From positions 1,860,001 to 1,924,000 of the forward strand of contig JBLDXI010000042.1 of the NCBI GenBank assembly GCA_047495785.1: a stretch of 64,000 bases of DNA, given 5' to 3'. Both the position numbers and the translations under genes were made by a program. The notes beneath the pieces were generated by a model. It had not been told where the DNA came from. It saw nothing but the letters and a program-made list of their open reading frames with translations, and ran no database searches. Source of the stretch: Lepidodermella squamata. Its lineage: Eukaryota; Animalia; Gastrotricha. Position 1 is the stretch's first letter. Each line of letters opens with the position of its first letter. Positions 1 through 11,656 of the stretch are shown here, piece by piece.

Positions 1-288
1 CTTAGGAAGGTCAGTGGAAATAGCTCAGGTTCGATAAATATCCCGAAATTCAATATCGATGTTTCAAGCTCGGAAATCGAACAAAGGTTAGAAGTCCAAG
101 TCTGGACAAGTTTTCAAGGTTCCCGGGACAGCCATAAAGGTTCTGTAAGGTCTGTGTAATTTGTATGAAATATACTGCGAAGAGTTTGAAAGGTTCACAA
201 AAAATCCTATTGAATTTGCTGAGACTTTAATATCAGAGGTTCAGAAAAGGTTCAATAAAGCGATTTGAGCTTCGAAATATAGTTAATT

Positions 289-828
289 TCAACCTCTATC
301 ACCTACCCCTGTTAGGTTGTAGTAATTCAGAACTTCAGCAGATGTTTCTTGAGCTGAACACGCTGTAAGGAACATGAGTGAGATTCGATTTAATTCGGCA
401 GCATCGTTTTGATTCCGCTGAATCTGGTGCATCAAGCCAGTCACTGTCTCCGAATCAATGCATTCGTCATCAATCAGATCCAAAGCAAGTTCATAGCCAG
501 GCAGCCAGTTCTCCAAGCCAGCGAATCTGTCGAGAGCTAATTCAAGTGATTTTGTACTAATCGGACCTGTGGCTAAAGGTCCCAGGTAGTTAATTGATAT
601 TAAAATTGTGATGATTTTCGTCCTTTTCGATGTCGATTTCGTGTTGAAGTGGGTTGAAGTCACAAATCGAGGCATTGGATCCCTTAATTCAGCAATTATT
701 TGAGCTGATGAGCTTAGATTCTTGATGACCGATTTCAGTTCAGCGATTCCAGCTGCTTCAGATTTCATAGCTGAAATAATTTCGAGAAAATTGAGGAAAA
801 TGGTGAAAAATCGTGATTTGAACTTCAT
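289..828 (-). CDS. 5' exon of a GABA-B-like class C GPCR (Venus flytrap start); the gene continues beyond the left edge
   Basis: IITILISINYLGPLATGPISTKSLELALDRF...YELALDLIDDEC aligns with the N-terminus of the receptor at 15937; GTAGGT donor near 306. Confidence 0.75.
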   Translation of the reverse strand: MKFKSRFFTIFLNFLEIISAMKSEAAGIAELKSVIKNLSSSAQIIAELRDPMPRFVTSTHFNTKSTSKRTKIITILISINYLGPLATGPISTKSLELALDRFAGLENWLPGYELALDLIDDECIDSETVTGLMHQIQRNQNDAAELNRISLMFLTACSAQETSAEVLNYYNLTGVGDRG

Positions 829-1182
829 TTTCGAAACATTTGAAATGAAGTCCGAACAAATTAATTCTATCGACCTTTTCCATCGATACCCTCGAGCTTC
901 CGGCTTTTATCTATGTTCGTTCATGATTTCCTTCCGGGAAATTTCTTCGCAGTAATGTTTCTATTTAAAGTTACATTTGACGTTGTTTTTCAAACGTTTA
1001 ATTTTGAATTAATTTTTCAAATATTTTCCTCTCATATTTAATTTGTTGTTTTTGACGTAAAAATTGTGCATCACCTGTTTTGTTTTTCATTCATTAAAGG
1101 ATCAATCGCGTGCCTGAAATTGCTCAAGCAATTTTTGATGTTTATTTCTCACTATTATTTTCAATTTTCGTTCGAAAAATAT

Positions 1183-4100
1183 ATGAGGTTGATAATCGCT
1201 GTTTTAGCAATCGGCTGTTTAGCCGTGGCTTGGGGCGATGCGCCAGAAATGGCCATGCCTGGGTTCCAGCCGCCGGATATGCCTAGTAATCAGGATGGTG
1301 GAATCGAAATTAAGCCGCAAATCAAGGATGCTGAATCGGTAATTTTCAATTCTTCCACAAATAGTCAATCATAATTTGTGCAGAGATAATTAGCCTTCAA
1401 ATATTCAAAAATTATTCAAATATTTGGATTCAGAGTATTAGGATTTCAGTAGTCCTCGCTAATTAATTTAGGCTCATTTAAAATTATTCCAATAAAATTT
1501 ATTTGGCTGAATTTATTTTTGCAATTTAAAAAATTCAAAAAATAATGAAAAATAATTTAAAAATTATATCTGAAGTCTCATTTTAATTTTCGATGTAGCT
1601 AAGGATTTTACCCAATTTTCCAGAATTTTTTGGATTTTCTAAAAATTACATGAATTATTCAACATTTAACCGGATTTTTCTCGATTTTTCCTGGATAGCA
1701 GTAAAAAATAACAGATTTTTTTTATATTTTTTCCTAAAATTCAGCTCACGAAGGAGGAGATTTTGGATAGGCTATCGAACAAATTTCGAGCCAGCATGCG
1801 CATTCCGCACGACGAGTGTCCGGACAATTTGCTGAACAGAATTTACAAGAAGCAAGACCGCGATACGCTTGCGTCGATGCTTATGCAAATTGCGCCCAAG
1901 CAATACTCGCAACAGCCACGCGTTAACGCCATCCCGCGAAGCGTTCGAGTGTGGCCGTCACGCCTCGTTCCTTACGCTTTCATCGACTATATGTGTAAGC
2001 TACAAAATTGAAATTTTCGAAATTCTCACAAAATCTTCAGAATTAATTAAATTGCATTTCAATGCAGCTAAGTGAAATTTACATTCCAATTCGAATTTTT
2101 TAATTTCCAAACTTTTTCAAAAAAAATTTGAAATTTTAATTTTAATTTTAAAATTCGAAAAAATGAAATTTATTCTAAAAATCTGTTGAAATTATTTAAT
2201 TTTTTTTCTTTTCCAGGGGAATCTGACCGAGATATCATCCGAAAAGCAATTTCTTGGTGGACGGAAAAGACCTGCGTGTTGTTCGAGGAACATACGCCTG
2301 AAGAGCTGAACAATTTCAACAACAGCATTTTGTTTACAAAATCGCCCAAGTGAGCTATGAACAATTCTCAAGTGATACCATCAAATTGTTCTTGCCTAAT
2401 AAAGCTTCCAACTGTGCCAGTCTGAAATTGGCATGTCAAAGTCTGGCGTTCAGAAAATTGTCCTAGGCGGTGATTGCATGCGCGTTGGTAAAGTTGCGCG
2501 TGAAATAGGTCACGCACTGGGATTGGTTTGTTGCTAATTATTTTTGTCCCAAATTATTGATAGCATATTTTTCAGGCTGATGAAACTGCTCGTCCTGATC
2601 GATTCAAATACGTCCGAGTCATTTACAAAAATATAATGAGGTTAAAAATTAAAATTTTAATTTTTTTGAAATTTCAATGATTTTCAATTTAATTTTTCTA
2701 CTAATTATTGGCACGTCTCTTTTTTCCAGGCTAATCGAAAATATCTCCGTAAAAATTTCGGAATTTTGAATTTTATTTTTTCAAAGTTCAAAGCCATTTT
2801 TAAATTTGGGACATTTTCTCTTTTTTTGCAGCGGCAAGCGGAGTTTTTTCGGCATTTTCCCTCACATTCGCGATGGCAACACGCCGTACGACTTTGAGTC
2901 GATCATGCACCCAGATTCGCTATGGCTCAGCTTCAACCCGGACGGCAAACGGCGAACAATTGAACCGAAAGATCCCGCCTTTTTGTACACAATGGGCCAA
3001 CGGCTTTACCTATCTTTCTTAGATGCTAAGCGCATCAACTGGCTTTACAATTGTCCAGGTTGGAAGTTCTTAGAAAAATTCAGAAATAGAATAAAAAATG
3101 CGTTGATTTTCTAAATTTGAAATTATTTTATTTCGGCCGCAATAAAATTGAAAAAAGCAGAGAAATATTATACGGACTAAAAAACAGAATTTACTGTTTC
3201 ATTTTTTCCAATTTTCAATATTCAAAATTTAAAATTTAAATTTAAAAGCTTAATTTGTTTTTTATTTTCTTCAAAATTTTCGACTCGGTTTATTATTTTA
3301 TTCTCTTTCGCAGCCAAAGTCTGCAACAGCAGTACGACGCGTCCTGTTTGCAAGAACGGTGGCTATGAGAATCCGTTCAACTGCGGCTGGTGCGTGTGCC
3401 CGAGAGGCATTGGCGGCCAATTTTGCGATGAAATCGCGCCTGTCATCAACGGATGTGGCGGTACAAAGGTTATCCAGAAGTGCAGCACTGGCGAGGCCAT
3501 CACGTCTCCTAATTACCCGGACAAGTATCCAGCTAACACCGAATGCTTTTGGAGAGTTCAAACTGTAAGTTGATCCAAAAAATATATTTTTGTGTTGAAT
3601 TTTTAAATTTTTAAATTTCAAATTGAAATTGAATTTTGCTATTACCTATGAAAAATATTAAATTCTATTTTTTTCAAATTAATCAATTAATTAACTAATT
3701 AATTATCTAACTAATTTATTTAATCAAATTTGGAGATTAAAAATTTGATTAAAAATTTCCTGATTAAAAATTCATTTGGATTTGAAAGCGCAAATTTTTA
3801 AATCAGTAAATTGCCCTTTTCGATGATTCATCATAAATTTTAATGTTCATATTTGAAATTTCATTTTCCAGGATGGCAATGGCTTGATTTTTGCCTTCGA
3901 ACGCCGTCCGGGTTTGACGTGCCAGCAATGGGAGGCAGTCTGCGATGACTACGTAGAAATTCGCTCAGAAGACTACACTAGGCCAGGACCAAAGTTCGCC
4001 CTCACTCCAATTTCACTCCACTTTTGATTTTTACTATTGAATTTCCGTTCAGGTTCTGCAGGTGCAGCTTGACATCGGGTCGAATCTATAAAACTCTAGC

Positions 4101-7100
4101 GAAAGAAGCTCTCGTCATTTTCCACTCACCATCCGGCCGTAACGACTCGACTGGCTTCAAGCTAGTGGTTATGTCACCCTGCGGATCCGTGACGGCTCTG
4201 ACGCAAACAAAAGAATGCCAAATGACGGAGACCGGGTACGACTATGAAGGCTCGGTTCGCAATACGGCGTCCGGCAAGGAGTGCCGAACTTGGTCGAAGC
4301 AGACTTCGTTCAGCCCGATTCGTTTCCCCAAGGCCGACATCCTAGCTTCGGGCAGGGCGTGCCGTAACCCTGGATCGCGCAATAGCACCTACTGCTTCAT
4401 CGATCGGGACTATCACAAGATTGAAGATTGCCGCTATATTCGCAGATGCCGTAAGTATTGTCTTGTTCCTCGCTTATTTTCGAATTTTTCAATTGTTGCT
4501 TTTCGAATCTCCTGATTCTTTGAAAAATTTCTCAACCTGAAGAGCCCATTTCCTAGGGTCAAAGGGTCAAAATTCTTCAACGACCAAAAAACCGAAATTC
4601 TCGGATCATGAACAAGCTCCGTATGGATTCGAAGTAACCATCAATTTTTGAATTTTTCAGAGCAATACATGCGATGCATTGATCCGAATACGGTGACTTT
4701 CAAAAAGTGCGAAGCTGCAGCCGATCAATGCAGCAACGGCCTTGTTCGGGTAAGTTTCGACCATTCCTGCTAGAAAAGAATTCTGGAGCTAATTGCTTTT
4801 CGTTAACAGCTTGAAGCTTTCGATGCGACGATCCCTCCCTTTTTGAACGACCATTCTGTCTGCGAAAATGCGGGTGCCAAATGCTGCTACCAAGATGTAG
4901 GTGATCTCTATCAAGTCAGTGGAGCCGAGTTCGAATGCCTACCTTCCCAAGTCGAGGTAAGTTCGATTCAGCCTAAATTCTAGCTCAGGTCTAACTACTA
5001 AGCTCAACAGCTGGGTACATTCTCCTCGAGCAGATCTTTCGGCAGCAACTACGCAACGGCTCGAAAATACTGTAAACAGGTTGGCTATCCTGAAATTGAA
5101 ATGTTTCCGTTTGATTTTGATATGCCTTATTCTTAGGATTCCTTCAAAAGATGCTTTGATGCTTATAACATGTTCCACTCGTGCCAGTTGGCCTCTGATG
5201 GATGCCCAGCAAACACGGTAACATATTTTCCCGTGAATCGGATGATTTCTTGAATACCTTTATCGCAGAGTCCGAGCGCTCAAACGTTCACCTCGTATGC
5301 AAAATGCCTTTTGTCTGTGAGTTTGGGTGTGTGTTAGTAATGGTAACAAGTTGTGATCGAAACAGGGTGTGAAAGCGTGCCACTCAACGACGCCGTCAGT
5401 CTACACGTGCATTCCTCAGGATGAGGCTTGCGAACCCGCTCAAACGGTTATTGCGTCCAAAATCTTACCAGGAAATTTGAATGTACCAATTTCAGGATTT
5501 TACGAAAATATTCGACCAATCACCGTATTTCGCGAAAAACTACGAAGATTGCATGACTTACGTAAGTTTTGTGAACATTTTGTTCAGTTTGCACTGAAAT
5601 TCGAATTTTCGAAGTCTGGCTACGTGAGATGCCAAGCTGGAGGGTCGTTTTCGTGCAAGCGAGCCAGTGACGGTAGGAAAATTCGAAAGCTACACGTTAT
5701 AACTTTTCGTTTTACTTGCCAGGCTGCAAGTCCGAGAATGAGAAGCAAGTTCCAGCCGGCCGAAACTTCATAACTGGCGAGTCGTGCATGGCTGCGGAAA
5801 AGAAGCTGTTCCTTGTGCAAAAGGCAACCCTCGAAGGAGCTGTCGACGCCGAAGGGATGTGCGCTTCTGTGAAAGGCCAGCTAGCCACTGTGAAAACGGC
5901 CGCCGAGCAGACATTTGTGAGGGATCTATTACGCACCAACAACGTACAACGTGCGTGGATTGGCCTCCTGGGGCCTGATAACAGCCTGGGCATCAATGTC
6001 GCGACTGGCTACAGCTGGATCGATGGCACCCCATATTCTTCGCTCGACAACAACGTTCGCCAGTGGGGTGGAACAGAGACTTCAGACGATCCTTCAGGTA
6101 TGCTCATGATCTCTAGTCCGACTTGGCCCCGCTCCCAGGGGGTAAATAGAGCATTTTTGAGCGAGCTCAAATTTGCCATAGTTCATAGTCCAAATTGCCA
6201 ATCCACACGCCTTGACATGATTTTACTTGTTTTCCCAGATAACTCGCCATGTGTGGTTTACGAACAGCAGAATGGGTTCAAGAACTACACATCAGATTAC
6301 TACTTGAACGACGACTCGTGCGACGCGCAAGTTACAGCAGCTGTCTGCGAAACCTTCTTGGAACCTAGCCCAGCAACACTCGGCTTTGTGCGATGTGACA
6401 ACCAAGGCGTTATAAGTTGTGTTGCCGCCTCAACCGGCTGCGCTGGCTCGACGCAAAATCCTCAGGACCAGCTTTTCCTAACCGAGGCGCAATGCATGGC
6501 CGCTGGAAAAGAATTCAGGTTGATTCTTGCCCTAGTGCCTACCCGCGATTTGGCTGTCTCAACCTGCTTGGAAGCCGGTGCCCAATTAGCGACGATTAAG
6601 GACCAACTGGACCTAATTAGACTGCGCCGAATGTTGTCGGCATCTGGTGCTGAGAACTTTTACGGTTGGACCGGAGGTTCTCGTTTGGCAGATGGGAATT
6701 ACTCGTGGCCTGATGGTAGTCGGCTACAAGCGTTGGAAGGATTCTGGGGCGATCAGCAACCTGACGCCAATGGGCCCTACATTGCTTTCGGTCCATACCA
6801 TAGTTTCGGCCAACAGATTGCCGATTATTATGCAGATGATAGCTCCGATGGCAATGCGGCTATATGCGAGACTTTCAGCTTCAAACCGGTTAGCCATTTC
6901 ATTTCCCTTTTCACCTGACTTTGAATCATGGTTTGTATTAAGCGTGGCTACGTTCGGTGTATTGATACCAACAATGCTGGCGCTGCTAGTTGCCGTCCGA
7001 GCTTGGTTGGTTGCCAAAGCCTGGTACAAATGCCATTGGACGTAGTTTACAAATCCAAGCAATCGTGCGAATCTGCGAAGAAAATGTTTTTCGTGATTGA

Positions 7101-7790
7101 GCGGCCTCTAGGCGACAAGATCATGAAGTAATTTGTTGTTTCATCGCCAGTCATAACATTACAGCATCGGTTGCCAGGGTAGAGCATCATTTTAGCATCC
7201 ATAGCAACTGTTGCCAAGGGGAGGCGTACATACTAAATAGCTCTAGTTTAGCGTCATTAGCATCAGCGTGAAAGGTTTCATAGCAACGGTTGCTAGGGAA
7301 ACACCTTGGACTGAATTTATCAGTTGCCTGGATGAAGCGTCGATTTCATTTCCATAGCAACCATTGCAATTTGATGAATTTTGCGAAATTGTTCAGGTAT
7401 TTCGATGCCGATCGTCTCTGTAAGCAGGGTGATGGCCAAGGCCGCATTGGCCAGCTTGCGACCGTCAAAACCGCCGCTGAACAGGACGATGTCCGCTTCG
7501 CCCTGCACGATGCCGATGTTACTACATCAGCCTGGGTTGGTCTCAAATACGTGACCAGCCAATACCAATGGATCGACGGCTCGTCATTCACCGCCTTCAA
7601 CCGCCAATGGGGCGGCGTTGTAGTTAACGGAGTCCAGCAGGACGAACCAAGCGGCTCGCTAGCTTGTGCTGCGTACAGTATGTACTCCAAATTCGGCCCG
7701 AACCCAGCCGATTTCTACCTCAACGACATTGACTGCATCGCTACGCCTCAAGATGCTCCAAGCGCTGTTGTCTGCGAGACTTACGTCTAA
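1183..7790 (+). CDS. Multi-exon secreted astacin-like (probably inactive) - EGF - CUB - kringle - Cys-rich modules - 3x C-type lectin protein
   Basis: Signal peptide MRLIIAVLAIGCLAVAWG; VWPSRLVPYAF; AISWWTEKTCV; REIGHALGL|ADETARPDR; YDFESIMHP; CKNGGYENPFNCGWCVCPRGIGGQFC (EGF); CGG...ITSPNYPDKYPANTECFW (CUB); YEGSVRNTASGKECRTW...CRNPG (kringle); AWIGL, WTGG and AWVGL lectin domains; AATAAA after the stop. Some central exon junctions are unverified, so it may be more than one gene. Confidence 0.8.
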
Positions 7791-7977
7791 ATTTCGTTTC
7801 AAATACTATAAATTGACTCAGAATTATTTTGCTCATGACTCTTCCGCTGGATGTGTTTTAATCCAGCTTTACGCTTAAATAAAACTTGCATACTATGAAT
7901 TGATTATTTGTGAATTTTAATCAGCTGGAGCTACGTTCACTCGTTTTTTTCAACCAATGTATTATTTTTCTCGCAAA

Positions 7978-8590
7978 ATGCTGAAACAGGTGGTAGTGAT
8001 TCTGCTTCTGATTACTACGGCCTGTCAATGTATGAACTACGATGACTGCCGAGCAACTTGTTCCAGTGACATGTGAGCCCTGAAAATATAGCCGGTGTCG
8101 CCTCTAATTCTAGTAATTTTGCTTAAGGTGGACTCTTCGAAGGTGTTTCATTGTTGGAAGGTGCCAAATTCCAATTCACGTCGAACTCTCTGGGTCGATT
8201 TACTGCCTTGGAAGCTATCGCTATCAGCACAAGCATTGTCCTAGGGGATGGTAAGCCCTTCAACATACCAGCTAAAGTAAAATACAGCGAGAACAATTGT
8301 TCAAAGGACCTGTATAGGAAATGATGACGATTGGGAATGCCTTGATATCGGTAAAATCGAACCTAGGCCGTATGATTTTCCAATCTATCGCGAGCCCATG
8401 CTGCCTAAGAACGAAGCTACTCTTTGCGAAAATAAAAGCGATTGCTCCGATGACCAGTAGGTTTTCCGAGCCCTTTGCAAACTGCCCCAAAATCCAAAAT
8501 GTCCCTTTTTATTGTAGGAAGTGTCTGCCTGTAATTTGGCTCCAATCTTACGGTGTTTGTGGCAAATGGTGCTCGTTATCTGAATGCTGA
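7978..8590 (+). CDS. Small secreted cysteine-rich protein (4 exons)
   Basis: MLKQVVVILLLITTACQCMNYDDCRATCSSD|MWTLRRCFIVGRC...CPRG|WTCIGNDDDWEC...CENKSDCSDD|QKCLPVIWLQSYGVCGKWCSLSEC*; three phase-consistent short introns. Confidence 0.7.
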
Positions 8591-8692
8591 ACCCAAAAAG
8601 AACATTAGGATGGCCTTGTGCAAATTATTTAATAGATAAATAAAGCGATAATAGCATGGTAAAGACTGAGTTCTAGGTTCCTTGTTTCAACG

Positions 8693-8956
8693 TTAGAACG
8701 AGTTAGCTGGGCAGCAGCATTTGATGAGTATGAACGACAGTACGATGATCGCCACTGGTATGATAGCCATCATCATGCCGATACAGGCGTTGTCGCACGC
8801 GTCTCGATTTGTCAACGTATAGAAAACCCATCGATCGGTTCGATTGGCGATTTCGAACGGCTGCTGGCGTGAAGTAGACTCAGCGCTATCACTAGAACAG
8901 CTCGCTAGTAATCCGTTGGCGAGAACGAGTATGAGTTTATCATTATTAGGAGTCAT
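8693..8956 (-). CDS. Micro single-pass membrane protein, paralog A
   Basis: Hydrophobic N-terminus, CDNACIGM, TM helix, KCCCPANSF tail; clear similarity to 9400-9630. Confidence 0.7.
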   Translation of the reverse strand: MTPNNDKLILVLANGLLASCSSDSAESTSRQQPFEIANRTDRWVFYTLTNRDACDNACIGMMMAIIPVAIIVLSFILIKCCCPANSF

Positions 8957-9399
8957 GATCAAGAAAACGTGAAATACAGGCTATGAGCCGCATATTCTGT
9001 GATTTCATCAAAATTTGCCGGCTCCGGAAATAACAAAAACCTAATATTATAATGTCAAACATATACTATGTGACGCGTGATGAATATTTATCCTTTATAC
9101 AGACCCGAGAGAGACAGGACTAACTTTTTTATGTAATTTTAGTAAAGGCGTATTGAACCTCAAATCTCAAAGGAATGGAAAAAATGACTAGTTCTGACAC
9201 TTTTCAGTCCTTGCTACTCTCTTGCAGCTCAGAAGCAGAATTTTGCGAAATTTGTGTAATTTTCTTACGAATATTGTTGACCTCAGAAATGTAGAAAATC
9301 GTCTCAGAGGGCTCGTAGCAAAGACATGGTTTTTTTTATTATTTACCCAATTTCAAAAACTGTCGATTTTCTTGTCTTTCGATTGTGTCCAATCGAATT

Positions 9400-9630
9400 C
9401 TAAAATGAAGAACCAGGGCAGCAGCATTTGATCATCATGAAAGACAGTACAATGATCGAAACTGGAACGATAGCCGCCAGCATTCCGAGACACGCGTTGT
9501 CGCATATAGTTTCGACGTGGGACCCGTGAGTCGTCCATTTTTCAACGTGATTCGGCGCCTCAAATAGCTGCGCGTTCGATATCGCCACAGGGAGCAGCCA
9601 TAGTACCAACAAATTACAAAATAATCGCAT
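9400..9630 (-). CDS. Micro single-pass membrane protein, paralog B
   Basis: MRLFCNLLVLWLLPVAISNA signal, CDNACLGM, TM helix, KCCCPGSSF tail. Confidence 0.75.
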   Translation of the reverse strand: MRLFCNLLVLWLLPVAISNAQLFEAPNHVEKWTTHGSHVETICDNACLGMLAAIVPVSIIVLSFMMIKCCCPGSSF

Positions 9631-9913
9631 GAAATGGGTTAAAACGTAAAGGAAGAATAAATCAGTAGATTTATGAAAAAAGGGGAAGTGAAAAACAAAG
9701 AAGCCACTATAGTTTGAAGTGAGGCGAAAAATAGCTTGCCCCACTCGAACTCAGCGCTAAATAATCGAAAAATCAATATCTTGACAACGAGAAGAATGCA
9801 ATCTCGGAAGCTCCATCTTTTTATTAAAAATCCAAAAATAAAGCCTAAAGTTATCACAATATTGAAACGATAGTGAAAAAATGGGGCTTGTTTTATCGTC
9901 TTTCTGATAATAA

Positions 9914-11656
9914 TCACTGCATACCGCAAACTTCGACATAATTGAGTTTATGAGACAACTGCGAAACTTTTTTATCATCGACTTTCAGCAATTTTCTCGG
10001 CTTCATCGTAAACATGCTGACGTTGAAGTATATCGCCAATTGCCAGCAAATTATCGCAAATTGGGTGAAATAGTCTATTACAACAAAGGCGAGAGATAGC
10101 GTGATGGCTGTTCGAGGTGAAATGATGTCCAGCGAGCTGTTGGCCATGAAAAATGGTACGAAAGCTAGCAGGGCTGAGTTGAAGGGCGCTGTGAGGCGAG
10201 ACTTTGACATGTTGACCACAATTAAGCGGCACGAGAGTTTCCCAATCGCCATGATGAAGACGATGAGAAAAGCGAGGGGATACGCTTCATAGACGCCGTT
10301 GCCTAGCAACCGGGCTGAGATAGCTAGGCCGATTGTTATAGCAGCTGGGGCCATGGCGCTAACGGCTCGGGCTGATGTCTCGTCACCGCGGCCTAAAATA
10401 GTAGCAAAATCTCATGAAGTTGATAAAAGGTAATTCAGAACATGTTTTTCCTTAAGTCTCTAAAAAATATGTGATTTAACATTCCAAGTGGGCCAGCCAT
10501 GTCATAATTTTTGAGTAATTTTCGAGAAAGGAAGATCAATCTGATTCAAATTTGAGCTATGCTCGCGTTCCCTCGGTTACCTTACATTCGTATTGGAATG
10601 AAGGCCTTTCATGATTTCCCTTATGGTTGCAGCACTGCTGATAGCTGAATCTCGTGGCTGCGGAACAGAAGCTCACTACGTTTCTTTATTCGATTGCTCA
10701 GCCTGTTATCTCTGTTTCAGTCGGCAAAGATTTGGGAAGATTCTAGCTGTAAAACCAGATGGTGACAATCCTTACTTCAAACTACCCGATGGGAGAGAGG
10801 TATCAAGCAATACCAAAATCATGGTCAAAATCCTGGGCTATGGGCTACCCCAAGCAATCCCCACAATTCGCAAAACGGATAACGCAAATTTATCCCCTAA
10901 TGATATGTTTACGAAATTTTGCTCCCATAGCAACATACCTGTAATATGCTTCCAAAAATGTGTGATGGAATCGATCCAAACATCAATGAAGAAGTAAGCA
11001 GCGTAAATAAAGTAGAAGACAACCGGCAGAGCTTGAAGCACGTAATTTGCCTCGAAAAACAACTGCCCAGTTGAAGCCTGTAGGCAAATCATGGCGATGT
11101 AAACCATTTGAACCTCGGTGCAGTCGAACAGGCCGAAAACGTAAGACCCGCCCGAGTAATGGGCCCGCCAGTAGAAGCTGTACTCGAAGAATGGGCTGAG
11201 GAGGCCGGCGATGAAGAGCAGGTTCAAATTTTCGCCGAACTTAAGAGCGACGAAAAACATTAGGACTGTCGCTGGGTCTGACAGACTGTCACAGCCGTGG
11301 TCGAAAAATTCGCCGAGTGGCGATGAAGTTTTCGTTCTTCTCGCTTGTTTTCCATCGATTACGTCGAAGGTTTGCCATAGGAAAATTCCTAAGGCGCTCA
11401 GGTAGAGTAGCCAATGTGGTATTTCGCTTTGTTTCGCATCAGGGCTGTAGCAAACCAAGGCCAAGCTGGGTAGGATAGCCCATAAAGCTCCGATTAATGA
11501 GACGAGGTTTGATGACAGCGTTTCAGGAACGAATCTCATAATGTAGTTCCAAAAGGGTGGCATTATTGTATTGTCGAGGAAGCTGCGGTCTTCGGCAACA
11601 TATCTGTGGCCGCGAATCGTTTCGAGCTGATCGCGATTCAAAGCAAGTAGCGCCAT
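9914..11656 (-). CDS. Choline/ethanolamine phosphotransferase (CEPT1/CHPT1/EPT family CDP-alcohol phosphotransferase), 2 exons
   Basis: DVIDGKQARRTKTSSPLGEFFDHGCD signature; phase-1 intron 10393-10938 joins the ORFs in frame (..HITG|RGDETSARAVSAMAP). Confidence 0.92.
10611..10997 (+). CDS. Possible nested antisense gene encoding a secreted Cys-containing protein
   Basis: 128-aa ORF with signal-like MISLMVAALLIAESRG, mostly inside the CEPT intron. Confidence 0.4.
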   Translation: MISLMVAALLIAESRGCGTEAHYVSLFDCSACYLCFSRQRFGKILAVKPDGDNPYFKLPDGREVSSNTKIMVKILGYGLPQAIPTIRKTDNANLSPNDMFTKFCSHSNIPVICFQKCVMESIQTSMKK

